Shown here: in pieces, positions 20,041-29,988 of the stretch
Position numbering within the stretch: the stretch's first letter is position 1
How the letters are laid out: each line of letters begins with the position of its first letter
Assembly: GCA_031362565.1 (NCBI GenBank)
Contig: JANLSU010000078.1
Coordinates: 1 to 64,000 of the forward strand
Reading direction: 5' to 3'
Length of the DNA stretch: 64,000 bases
Source of the DNA: a bacterium
GTDB lineage: Bacteria; Krumholzibacteriota; Krumholzibacteriia; G020349025
The notes under the pieces: generated by a model
Seen by the model: only the letters and a program-made list of their open reading frames with translations
Databases searched by the model: none
Told to the model about the DNA's origin: nothing
Translations under genes and position numbers: made by a program

Positions 20041-20236
20041 GCCATCCCCCCGACAACGAAGAGCGTGTGTCCCAGCCGTTGGATTCGTCCGCGGGCTCGG
20101 ACCGACTCTCCGGCCGCGGGCGCCGTGAATGCGGGTCGCCGTGCGCGGATACCGTGTCTCTGCAGGTCTGCGCCGGAAGCAACGCACACGCGCCAAGGTG
20201 TGATGCACACGCAATGGATCGTGTCGGTGGGGATGC
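20041..20236 (+). ncRNA. Structured ncRNA candidate (6S RNA-like)
   Basis: The 5' end catccccccgacaacga..gcgtgtgt pairs with the 3' end gcacacgc..tcgtgtcggtggggatg, giving a ~195-nt rod just after a promoter. Confidence 0.45.
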
Positions 20237-20382
20237 ACAAGAGGGTCGGTCGTGTGGGATGCCGCTCCGTGGTGCGGGGCGACGCGACCGGCTGCTCGCC
20301 CGGGGGCGGTGCGGCTCCTGCCTTTGAAGCGCACGCCCCTGGGCCTTCTTTTCTGCCGGTGCACGCTGCGGCCACCCGCATC

Positions 20383-21474
<1,092 letters not shown>

Positions 21475-21500
21475 TCAGAGCGGCGGCACAAAACGGCCCG

Positions 21501-21536
21501 AAAGTGGAGAGGGAGAGCTTGCGCTCTCCCGCCTCC
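21501..21536 (-). terminator. Intrinsic terminator downstream of the tandem peptide genes
   Basis: Minus strand GGAGGCGGGAGAGC-GCAA-GCTCTCCCTCTCC-ACTTT. Confidence 0.6.
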
Positions 21537-21625
21537 TAAGGATGTTCGTCAATGATGTCGGATCCTGTTGTCGTACCGATCTCGGCTCCGAGGGTGTGCC
21601 GGACGCATTCCTTGGGAGCGCGGGA

Positions 21626-21688
21626 TCAGAAAGGCACGTAACGGGGCGCGAGGCGCTTCTCCAACTTGGTCACCGTCAACTTCTTCAT
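21626..21688 (-). CDS. 20-aa peptide MKKLTVTKLEKRLAPRYVPF, downstream copy (candidate RiPP/pheromone precursor)
   Basis: GGAGGTGA SD then ATG. Same protein as 21754-21816 with only synonymous differences. Confidence 0.85.
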   Translation of the reverse strand: MKKLTVTKLEKRLAPRYVPF

Positions 21689-21753
21689 TCTTCTCACCTC
21701 CGGCGTGTTTTTTGGTCCCTGTCGCGATTCGGTTCACTGCGATCCGGTTCGGT

Positions 21754-21816
21754 TCAGAAAGGCACGTAGCGGGGCGCGAGGCGCTTCTCCAGCTTGGTCA
21801 CCGTGAGCTTCTTCAT
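21754..21816 (-). CDS. 20-aa peptide MKKLTVTKLEKRLAPRYVPF, upstream copy
   Basis: GGAGGTGA SD then ATG. Part of a 128-bp tandem unit. Confidence 0.85.
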   Translation of the reverse strand: MKKLTVTKLEKRLAPRYVPF

Positions 21817-21877
21817 TCTTCTCACCTCCGGGTGGTCTTCGGGTCTCGGTGTCTGTCGCTTCCTGGTTCTTACCTAA

Positions 21878-21893
21878 AGCATCCTGGATGCCA
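21878..21893 (-). promoter_or_regulatory. sigma54 (-24/-12) promoter candidate for the peptide genes
   Basis: Minus strand TGGCAT-CCAGG-ATGCT with exact GG-N10-GC spacing, about 60 nt upstream of the first ATG. Confidence 0.6.
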
Positions 21894-22132
21894 TTTCCGC
21901 TTCGCGACCGGCCGAACCCGGTCGAAGAGGCCCAAGTAATTGCGATGACGTCCGTTAACTTCCACGAATCGGAGCGGCGCGCGGCCGAATTCCGGCGCAT
22001 GGAGAGCGACGCTTGTCGTCTATCGACGACGCAGCAGCCAACGCACTGCGGGGTATGTGCTGTAATCTACTGTTGTGCAGCGAGTTGCGCTGTGTGTCGT
22101 GGATCGTTGTCGCGGCTGGCCGTGTTGACGTC

Positions 22133-23869
22133 TCAACGTGACGTCGGAGCGGGGTTTTTCAGCTCCGCGAGGCGGGCGCGGGCGGGCTCGAAGGCGGGGT
22201 CCAGCCGGAGTGTGGCGCGCCACGCCTGGGCAGCTTCCGTGGTCCGGCCGCGCTCGGCCTCGATGACGCCCAGGTTGTAGATGACGGTGGGCTCTGCCGG
22301 CCATTTGCGCGCGGCCTGCTCGAGAAGTTGTTCGGCCCGTTCCAAATCCCCCGCCGCGCCGCGCTCGCTCCAATAGAGCGCCAAGTTCACCTGCACCTCG
22401 AAGCGCCCGGTCAATTCGGCGGCGGCGCGTTCTTGGGCCGCGATCGCGTCACCAAGCGCGCCCGCGGCGTAGAAGCGTTCCGCCATTTGCGCCTGCTCCC
22501 AACCGCTCGCACCGCGTGCCGGCTGGCCGCCAAGCCGCGCCGCGAGGGCGAGCGGCGCAACTGCCGCCACCTGCCACGCCAAGCGCCGTATTTCTCGCTG
22601 ACGCAATCGCTCGACAACCGCCGCCACGCCCGCACCCGCCAGCAGCGCTACCTCCGGAGCCGCAATCAAGCGATGGCGCGCGGTGACGAAAAACACCAGG
22701 CTCGGAACGAGGAGCGCGGCAATCCAAACACCGATCGCCGCCGTCTGCGCGGCCACTTTGCGGCGCGCCCGCCACACACCCAATGCCGCGAGCGGCCAGA
22801 GCCATCCGAAATCCACCGCGCAGGCGCGCAACATCGGCATCCGGTGGGCTTGGAACGAGTAGCTCTCGATCTGCGAAATTTCACGGCCTTGCAACAGCAG
22901 CCAAGCCTTGCGCAACGGCAACGCCAGAGCGTCGGACGGGTGCGCCCGCATCCAAGTCCGCGCCCGTTGCATCCACACCGCCGATTGCGCCGCTTCGTCG
23001 GTGCCGGCCGCCGCGCCGACTGTCAGGGCGCGGGCGGCAACCGCGGGCGGCAGGTTCGCATCGTGCGCCGCCGCGTCGAGGACCGGACTGCGAAAAAACG
23101 TCACGCCCTCGGGTTCGTGAAAGCGGCCGTTGGCGTCTGGCCCGTTGCCGGCGAAAAAATTCACGCCGCCGTTGGTCGTGATGACGAAGCCGCCGCCAAG
23201 GCGCGCATTCCGCACCAGCACCGGCAAGATGACGACAAGACAAGAGACGGCGCACAGCCCGGCGTGTTGGAACCGCGCCGGCCCGCGCGCCGGCTTCGAC
23301 GCGATCCACGCCGCGACCGGCACCACGAGCAACGCCGTCGGCCGCAAGAGCGCCGCGGCTCCCAACGACGCACCGGCGAGTCCAACGCGCAGCGCGGGCC
23401 GGCCGCGCTCCGCGAGCACGAGCCAGAGCGCCAGAAGTGCGAGCGTCGTCAGCGGCACGTCCGGCACGAGAATGCCTTCGTAGAACAACTGCGGGCCGTA
23501 CAACGCGAACGCCACGGCCGCCGCCAGACCGGCGACTTTGCCGAACACGCCCGTCGCGAGATGCAGAACGAGCGCCACGTCGATGACGCCCAAGAGACTC
23601 TGGGCGATGCGCACCACGAATGGGTCGGCGCCGAAAATCCGGTACAACCACGACATCGCGTGCGGGTAGAGCGGCGCGAGAAAATACGGTCCCACAAAAT
23701 CGCCGTGTCCGGCCGCCAGCGAACGCGCCCAAACGTGATAGAACGCGCCGTCGAGATACGGGACGCGAAACACCGGATCGCCGTGCGTCAACGCCACGAA
23801 GAGCGCCCGCTGTGCGACGGCGGCGGCGACGACGACGCTGCCCCAACCGAAGCGCCGTGAACTTGCCAA
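22133..23869 (-). CDS. GT-C membrane glycosyltransferase (GT39/ArnT-like) with C-terminal TPR
   Basis: Multi-TM protein. PYLDGAFYHVWA, YFLAPLYP, LLRP, VRN..TTNGGVNFFAGN. TPR tail. Confidence 0.8.
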   Translation of the reverse strand: MASSRRFGWGSVVVAAAVAQRALFVALTHGDPVFRVPYLDGAFYHVWARSLAAGHGDFVGPYFLAPLYPHAMSWLYRIFGADPFVVRIAQSLLGVIDVALVLHLATGVFGKVAGLAAAVAFALYGPQLFYEGILVPDVPLTTLALLALWLVLAERGRPALRVGLAGASLGAAALLRPTALLVVPVAAWIASKPARGPARFQHAGLCAVSCLVVILPVLVRNARLGGGFVITTNGGVNFFAGNGPDANGRFHEPEGVTFFRSPVLDAAAHDANLPPAVAARALTVGAAAGTDEAAQSAVWMQRARTWMRAHPSDALALPLRKAWLLLQGREISQIESYSFQAHRMPMLRACAVDFGWLWPLAALGVWRARRKVAAQTAAIGVWIAALLVPSLVFFVTARHRLIAAPEVALLAGAGVAAVVERLRQREIRRLAWQVAAVAPLALAARLGGQPARGASGWEQAQMAERFYAAGALGDAIAAQERAAAELTGRFEVQVNLALYWSERGAAGDLERAEQLLEQAARKWPAEPTVIYNLGVIEAERGRTTEAAQAWRATLRLDPAFEPARARLAELKNPAPTSR

Positions 23870-23957
23870 TCGAGGCCCCCTTCGTCGCCGTCCAGCGGCG
23901 GACGGCGCAGTTTACGACACCACCGTCTTTCGCGGCTCGTTGGGGTAGAATGGCCGC

Positions 23958-26900
23958 ATGACCGATTCCGATCCGCTCTCCCGGCCCGGCGCGCTGCAGA
24001 CTCAGGAAGCCGCCGAATTTCGCCTCCTCGAACCTCTCCGCCATGAGATCGAGCGCGTCGGTTCGTTCGACCGTCTGATGCATGTCGTATTGCGCCTCGT
24101 GCAACCGCACTTTGGTGCGGCGCAAAGCGCCGTGCTCGCACCGGAGCGTGCAGGCGCCGCACTGCGGGTCGTACACCAGGTCGGCGCCCCCACCTGGGAG
24201 CCGCGTTTCGTGCAGCAAGTGTTGGAAAGCGGCCGCGCCGCGGCCCCGCCCGGCACGCTGTACGCCGTGCTGCGCGAGCACGGCCGTGCCATCGCCGTTC
24301 TACTGCTCATGCGCGCCGCACCGTACGGGCGCGCCGAACTGCGTTTGCTGCTCCGCGCCGCCGACATCGTCAATGCACGTCTCGACGCGCTTGCCGAAGC
24401 GCGTGTGGTCGACGTGCTGGCGCGCATCGATCTCAAAATCTCGCGTGAGCTGCGTACCGTCGACTTGTTGTACCAGATCCTCGATGGACTCGAGTTGCTG
24501 ACGCGCTACGACCACAGCGGCGCCATTCTGCTCTTCGACCGCGAGCGCAGTTGCCTCGAGGTGAGCGCCGAGCGCATCGTCTGGCGCAAAATGAAGAGTC
24601 CGAGCATTCACGCTATCGTACCGTTGCCGCGCGACCTCGCCGACCTCCTGCATCGCGACAACCGCGCTTTCATGCTGCGGCGCGGTGCGCCGTCCGAGGC
24701 CGGCATCGCCACCACCGTCTCGACGGCCGTGCACCCGCTCTGTGAAGTCTGGGTCGGCGACCACACCGTGCTCGACGCGTCCGAGGCGGGGGTCGCGACA
24801 CTCTTCGACAAATTGCATTACGGCGGCGGACCCGAAGTGCCGGACGAAGGCGGCATGCTGGTGGTGCCGCTCTTGTTCGGGCCGCGCTTGCTGGGGTTGC
24901 TCAAGCTCTCGGCACTGCGGCCGGACGCGTTCACGCAAAACGACGTGTATGTCGTCGGCCGGTTCGTCGAGAAGATGAGCACCAATATTCGTAATGCCAA
25001 CCTGTATGGCCGGCGGCTCGCCGAACTGCGGGCCATCAACGACATCGGCAAGCTGGTGACGCGGCCGTTGCCGCTCGAGCACACGTGCACGACGATTCTC
25101 GACATCGTGCTGCGGGTCATGAATTTGGCCACCGGCTCCATCGAGCTGATCGACCGGGACGGCGGCCGGCTGCGGCTGCTTGCATCGCGCGGCTACGCCG
25201 AGGGCAGCCACGAGGGCCTGCCGCTCGGCGAAGGCATCACGGGCTCCGTAGCGCAATCCGGCCAGCCGGTGGTCGCGAACGATGTGTCGCGCCACCCGCA
25301 ATACGTGTTGCGCAATGCCGAAACCCGTTCCGAACTCGCGGTGCCGATCGTCTTCGAAGCTGTGACGGTGGGCGTGTTGAACGTCGAATCCCTGGCGTCC
25401 GGCCGTTTCAGCGGCCGCGATCTCGATTTCCTGTCGATCCTGGCGGACAAGACCGCCGTGGCTCTGGAGACCCTCGATCAACGCGAACACCGGCGGGCGA
25501 CGCTCGATTTGTTGCATGAACTCGGCGCCCAGCTCGTCGTACCGGAAGAACTTCCCAAGCTCTTGCAACTGGTGGTGGATCTCACCCGCAAGCATTTGGC
25601 GTGCGAAGTGGCGTCCATTTTCTTGTTCGAGTCCGGGCGGTTCCGCCGCCGGGCGACGTCCGGACTGCCGGAAGATTGGTTCAGCAGCGAGAGCTACGGC
25701 ACCGGCGAAGGACTGACCGGGCTCGCCGCCGCACCCAGCGGGGCAGCGCACCTGCAAGCCCTGGTCGAAAACGCGGTGTCGCAAAACGCGCGCGTGCAAC
25801 GCGACACCTTGCAGCGCTATTCACAACAACTCGCTACCGGCCGCATCGCGCACCTGGTGGCCGTGCCGCTCGTCGAAGGCGACCGGCCGGTCGGTATCTT
25901 GCGGGTGCTGAACCGCCTGACGCGCGACGGCAGGATCGTGCCGGGCGGTTTCAGTCCGTCGGATGTCACCCTCATGACGACCATCGCGAGCCAGGTGTCG
26001 CTCGCCATCGCCAACTTCCGCAAACGCGAACGCATTCAGCGCATGAGTGTGAAGCTCGAGACCCAGGTGCGGCAACGCACCGAGGAAGCGCACCGCCTGG
26101 CGTCGCTGGTCGAAAATGCGCCGCTGGCGATTTTGGAGGTCGACGCCCAGGGCGTCCTGCGATTCATCAATGAGGCCGGCGAAAAGATGTTCGGCTACCA
26201 AGCGGCCGAACTGCGCGACCAACAGATTTCGGGAGCCGGGCTGGAACTGCTGGGCGACGCTTTCGAGGACCTGGTTCGAGTCGTCGAATTCATGGGCTAC
26301 TGGTCCGGCGAAGTAACTTACCGGCGCAGTGACGGCACGAAGTTGCCGGCGCTGTTGTCGGCGCGCGCCGTGCGAGACACCGCCGGCGTGATGCGCGGCG
26401 TCGTCATGTTCGCGCGCGACATCAGCTCGCTCAAGGATCTCGAGCGCCAACTCCTCGAGGCCGAGGGCAAGCGTGCCATGGCCGATTTGGCCGGCGGTGT
26501 GGCGCACGATCTGAATAATGCGCTCGGTTCGGTCTTGCCGATGATTCAGGCGCTGCAGTCGGACCTCGAAGAGGGCCGCTTCGACCGCGAGCAGTTCTTG
26601 ACGGACCTGCGCCAGATCGAGAGTTACACGCGGCTCTCGGTCCGGATCTTCCAGGGCATGCTGCAGATGAGCCGCGGCACGTTCGCGATCGACAAGATGG
26701 TGAGCGTCAACGAGCGCATTCGCACCGCGCTCGATCTCTTGAGCTTGCGCCTCGACAAGGCCGGGGTCCAAGTACGGCTCGAGCTGCAAGCCGACCTGCC
26801 GATGACCCTCGCCCACCCGGGACGCCTCGAGCAGGTCTTTCACAACTTGATCAACAACTCCGTCGAGGCCATGCCCGAAGGCGGCGCGCTGACGTTGCGC

Positions 26901-27164
26901 ACCTGGAGTAGCGGCCACGCGATCTTCGCCGAAGTCGAAGACACCGGTGAGGGGATTCCGGAGGAGAAACTGGCGCGCGTGCAAGAGCCGTTCTATACCA
27001 GCAAGCGGCACGGCACCGGGCTCGGACTCTCGGTGGTGCGAAGCATCGTGTGGGAACACAACGGCAAGCTCACTTTGCGGAGCGAAGCGGGCAAAGGCAC
27101 CACAGTGCACATCGAACTACCGATTCGTAACCTTGCTCCCCCCAACGACGAGGAATTGGTGTGA
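23958..27164 (+). CDS. Cytoplasmic multi-GAF + PAS sensor histidine kinase
   Basis: Several GAF domains (GEGITG, SELAVP), PAS domain, H-box GVAHDLNN, N/G boxes NLINN, DTGEGI, GTGLGL. Confidence 0.92.
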   Translation: MTDSDPLSRPGALQTQEAAEFRLLEPLRHEIERVGSFDRLMHVVLRLVQPHFGAAQSAVLAPERAGAALRVVHQVGAPTWEPRFVQQVLESGRAAAPPGTLYAVLREHGRAIAVLLLMRAAPYGRAELRLLLRAADIVNARLDALAEARVVDVLARIDLKISRELRTVDLLYQILDGLELLTRYDHSGAILLFDRERSCLEVSAERIVWRKMKSPSIHAIVPLPRDLADLLHRDNRAFMLRRGAPSEAGIATTVSTAVHPLCEVWVGDHTVLDASEAGVATLFDKLHYGGGPEVPDEGGMLVVPLLFGPRLLGLLKLSALRPDAFTQNDVYVVGRFVEKMSTNIRNANLYGRRLAELRAINDIGKLVTRPLPLEHTCTTILDIVLRVMNLATGSIELIDRDGGRLRLLASRGYAEGSHEGLPLGEGITGSVAQSGQPVVANDVSRHPQYVLRNAETRSELAVPIVFEAVTVGVLNVESLASGRFSGRDLDFLSILADKTAVALETLDQREHRRATLDLLHELGAQLVVPEELPKLLQLVVDLTRKHLACEVASIFLFESGRFRRRATSGLPEDWFSSESYGTGEGLTGLAAAPSGAAHLQALVENAVSQNARVQRDTLQRYSQQLATGRIAHLVAVPLVEGDRPVGILRVLNRLTRDGRIVPGGFSPSDVTLMTTIASQVSLAIANFRKRERIQRMSVKLETQVRQRTEEAHRLASLVENAPLAILEVDAQGVLRFINEAGEKMFGYQAAELRDQQISGAGLELLGDAFEDLVRVVEFMGYWSGEVTYRRSDGTKLPALLSARAVRDTAGVMRGVVMFARDISSLKDLERQLLEAEGKRAMADLAGGVAHDLNNALGSVLPMIQALQSDLEEGRFDREQFLTDLRQIESYTRLSVRIFQGMLQMSRGTFAIDKMVSVNERIRTALDLLSLRLDKAGVQVRLELQADLPMTLAHPGRLEQVFHNLINNSVEAMPEGGALTLRTWSSGHAIFAEVEDTGEGIPEEKLARVQEPFYTSKRHGTGLGLSVVRSIVWEHNGKLTLRSEAGKGTTVHIELPIRNLAPPNDEELV

Positions 27165-28312
27165 CGGTTCCACCGACGCCCGCGGCCTCCGAGCCGGTGC
27201 CGCGCGCCCGCATTCTCATCGTCGACGACGAGCCGGGCCTGCAGAACACCGCGCGCCGGATCCTGGCGCGCAAATACGATGTCGAGGTCGCGTCGTCGGG
27301 TGCGGAAGCGCTGGAGATCCTGGCTCGCGACCCGCAGGACCTCGCGATCGTCGACGTGCGTATGCCCGGCATGAATGGCTTCGAGCTGCTAAAGGCCATC
27401 AAAGCCGCGTACCCCGACACCGAAGTCATCATCATGACCGGATCGATCTCGAATCCGGAGGAGAAGCTGGTCGAAGCGTTACGCCAGCGCGCCTTTTATT
27501 TCATTCGCAAGCCCTTCGAGAAGACGGTGCTCGAAACACTCGTCGACCGTTGCCTCGAGCGCCAGCGTCTTGAACGCGAAAAACGCCAATGGACACAGGC
27601 ACTCGAGCACGACCTCGAGCAAGCCCGCCTGTTTCAAAAAATGCTTTTGCCGCGCAGCTTCCCGCGCGTACGGGGTTTGCGCGGTGACGCCGTCTACGTA
27701 CCTTCGGAGCGCTTGAGCGGCGATTTCTACGATTTCTTCGATCTGGGCGCATCGCGGGTCGGCATTCTGATCGCCGACGTCTCGGGCCATGGCGTGTCGG
27801 CGGCCCTCTACACCGGCATGGTGAAGTCGGAAATGCTGTTGGTGCGCGACGAATTCGAACATCCCGACGCACTCTTCGCGGATATCAGCGAGCGGTTTGT
27901 GTCGACGGCGCGGCGGCGCTACGTCACCGCGCTCTTGTTGCTGATCGACTCCGAGGCGCGGCGCATCCGGTACGTGAACGCCGGCCATCCCGGTTTTCTG
28001 GATGCCGACGGCATTTCATGGGAGTCGACCGGACCGCCCTTGGGGCTCTTGGCGGGGGCAAAGTACGAAATTGGCGAACTGCCGTTGCGCGACGGCGAGC
28101 GGTTGCTTCTGTATACCGATGGTGTCAGCGAAGCCATGCGCACCGACGGCGCCGAGTTCGGCGTCGAGCGGATCCGGGACGCTTTTTTGGCAACCGCCGG
28201 CACGCCACCCGACGCGGCAGCCCGCACCGTCGTGAACGCCGCACGCGAGTTTACTGCCGCCGCCGGATTCACCGACGACGCCACCGCCATTCTGCTCGAG
28301 TTCGGGCCGTGA
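27161..28312 (+). CDS. Response regulator with SpoIIE/PP2C phosphatase domain (RsbU/RsbP-like)
   Basis: REC domain (IVDDE, VDVRMP, KPF). PP2C motifs SGDFYD, ADVSGHG, NAGH, YTDG, DD. Confidence 0.92.
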   Translation: MTVPPTPAASEPVPRARILIVDDEPGLQNTARRILARKYDVEVASSGAEALEILARDPQDLAIVDVRMPGMNGFELLKAIKAAYPDTEVIIMTGSISNPEEKLVEALRQRAFYFIRKPFEKTVLETLVDRCLERQRLEREKRQWTQALEHDLEQARLFQKMLLPRSFPRVRGLRGDAVYVPSERLSGDFYDFFDLGASRVGILIADVSGHGVSAALYTGMVKSEMLLVRDEFEHPDALFADISERFVSTARRRYVTALLLLIDSEARRIRYVNAGHPGFLDADGISWESTGPPLGLLAGAKYEIGELPLRDGERLLLYTDGVSEAMRTDGAEFGVERIRDAFLATAGTPPDAAARTVVNAAREFTAAAGFTDDATAILLEFGP

Positions 28313-28447
28313 CCGGCGCCGGGACCCGTGGCGTCTGTCCTGTAAAAGTGCTACCCTCCCCGTGTCATCCCCTGATCGATCGCGGCCGAGATACGCCGAT
28401 CCATTCACAGCAGGGCCGTCAGGTTCGTCACTGACGGAGGAATCGGT

Positions 28448-29047
28448 ATGCGCTCTCGCGACACTCTGGTCGCGCTCGCGGCCTTCGTTTGCCTTGCAAC
28501 GGTTTGCACGCTTCCGGCCGCCGCCAACGACGGCCTCTTGGGCGTGTTTTTCGACCGCAACGGCGCTTCCTGCTCCGGGAACGTTCCAACGGCGTCGCTG
28601 GCCACTTTGCACGTAGTGCTCCTGACCGACGGCTCGACCTTTGCCGGCGTCACCGGCGCCGAACTGAGCATCGAACCCAGCGCGGCGGGGGCTTTCTTCC
28701 TCCAGGGCGAGGAAGTGGAGGCTGGCGGCCTGCAGCTCGGCAACGCGCTCCGAGGTGGGGCGACCATCGGGTTCTCGACCTGCCGTTCCGGCGCCGCGGT
28801 TTCCATCATGAGCTTTCAAGCCTTCAACCTAGGCGGCGCCCCAAACGATATCGAACTGCGTGTCCGGGCGCGGGGCACGCCCACCAACCCGTTCATGCGT
28901 TGTCCGCTGGCCGTGCTGTGCGACGACCCGCACACCGCGGTGTGCGTTACGGGGTCGAAAGCGATCCTAAACCCGAGCGCCAACCGGACCTGCCAAGGCG
29001 GGCGCGAGTCCGCCGAGTGGAGCCGGATGAAAGACCTCTATCGCTGA
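28448..29047 (+). CDS. Secreted Cys-containing protein with C-terminal WSxMKxLYR tail
   Basis: GGAGG RBS, signal peptide, ends ESAEWSRMKDLYR. Confidence 0.8.
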   Translation: MRSRDTLVALAAFVCLATVCTLPAAANDGLLGVFFDRNGASCSGNVPTASLATLHVVLLTDGSTFAGVTGAELSIEPSAAGAFFLQGEEVEAGGLQLGNALRGGATIGFSTCRSGAAVSIMSFQAFNLGGAPNDIELRVRARGTPTNPFMRCPLAVLCDDPHTAVCVTGSKAILNPSANRTCQGGRESAEWSRMKDLYR

Positions 29048-29192
29048 CCGGTTGGCCGCCCCCCCGGCCCGCCCGAAACTTCGCTTGCGTCACATTCAGT
29101 TCTCGACGCGTCGATTGAGTTGTCGCTAGAATCACCCTGCGATCGCCCCTCGGTCGTCAGGCTCGCCATGGACGGCGGGCTGGGGGTGTCGC

Positions 29193-29903
29193 GTGCAAAC
29201 GCGCGTGTTGATCGCAGATTCCACTCCTTTATGCCTGTATGGGCTCAAAGCCCTCTTGTCGCATGATCCAGAGATCAGCATTCTGGAAACCGCGACCGAC
29301 GGCGAGACTGCACTGCGCCGGGCGCTCTCCTTACAGCCCGATGTCTTCCTAAGCGAAGTCGACTTGCCGCGCCTGGGCGGGATTGCGGTGTTCGCGCGCG
29401 TGCGCCAGACCCTTCCTGCCGTGCATGGCATGTTCCTGACCACGCGGAGCAACGTCCGCCTGCGCCAACTCGCAGCGCAGGTCGGCGCGGCGGCATTCCT
29501 CACCAAAGATTCGGATCTCTCGAACTTGGCTTCGATGATCCGCAAAGTCCACGCGGGCAGCGATTACTTGCGTGCGGAGGACCCAGGGCGCGGCGCGCGA
29601 CTCGATCCGCCGCACGGAGACGTGGCGCACTGGCGTTCAGTGTTCAGCGACCGCGAAATCTTCGTCCTGCGGCAGCTCGTGCTGGGCCGTACCTCGCGCG
29701 CGATCGGCGCCATGCTCGGGCGCAGCCATCGCACCGTGGACAAGCAGCGCGAAAGCCTGCGTATCAAACTCGATCTTCACAACACGGCCGCGCTCGTGGC
29801 GTTCGGAGTCATTTTTTTACCGCAGCTCGACTTGCTCGCAAACGACCCCGAGGCGCCGATCATCCCTGACGTCTGGACGCGTCCGGAAGAGTCCGTGATT
29901 TGA
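29193..29903 (+). CDS. NarL/LuxR family response regulator (atypical receiver)
   Basis: REC domain plus LuxR HTH (FSDRE..GRTSRAIG..TVDKQRESLRIKL). Confidence 0.85.
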   Translation: MQTRVLIADSTPLCLYGLKALLSHDPEISILETATDGETALRRALSLQPDVFLSEVDLPRLGGIAVFARVRQTLPAVHGMFLTTRSNVRLRQLAAQVGAAAFLTKDSDLSNLASMIRKVHAGSDYLRAEDPGRGARLDPPHGDVAHWRSVFSDREIFVLRQLVLGRTSRAIGAMLGRSHRTVDKQRESLRIKLDLHNTAALVAFGVIFLPQLDLLANDPEAPIIPDVWTRPEESVI

Positions 29904-29988
29904 CGTAGTGCATTCGTGCAAGCCATTCCAGGTTCTCGACTTGGAGCGATGCTTGCTCGCCTGAAGTGGCTTCTGATGGAGGTGGACC

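Noticed and set aside
20041..20353. RNase P RNA or SRP RNA
   Set aside because: No GAGGAAAGUCC or 3' P4 signature, and the SRP helix-8 resemblance lacks the GNRA tetraloop and flanking pairs.
21626..21830. Tandem ~75-bp repeat as a CRISPR array or non-coding repeat
   Set aside because: Only two units, too long for CRISPR repeats, and no cas genes. The differences are synonymous codon changes, so it is better explained as duplicated coding genes.
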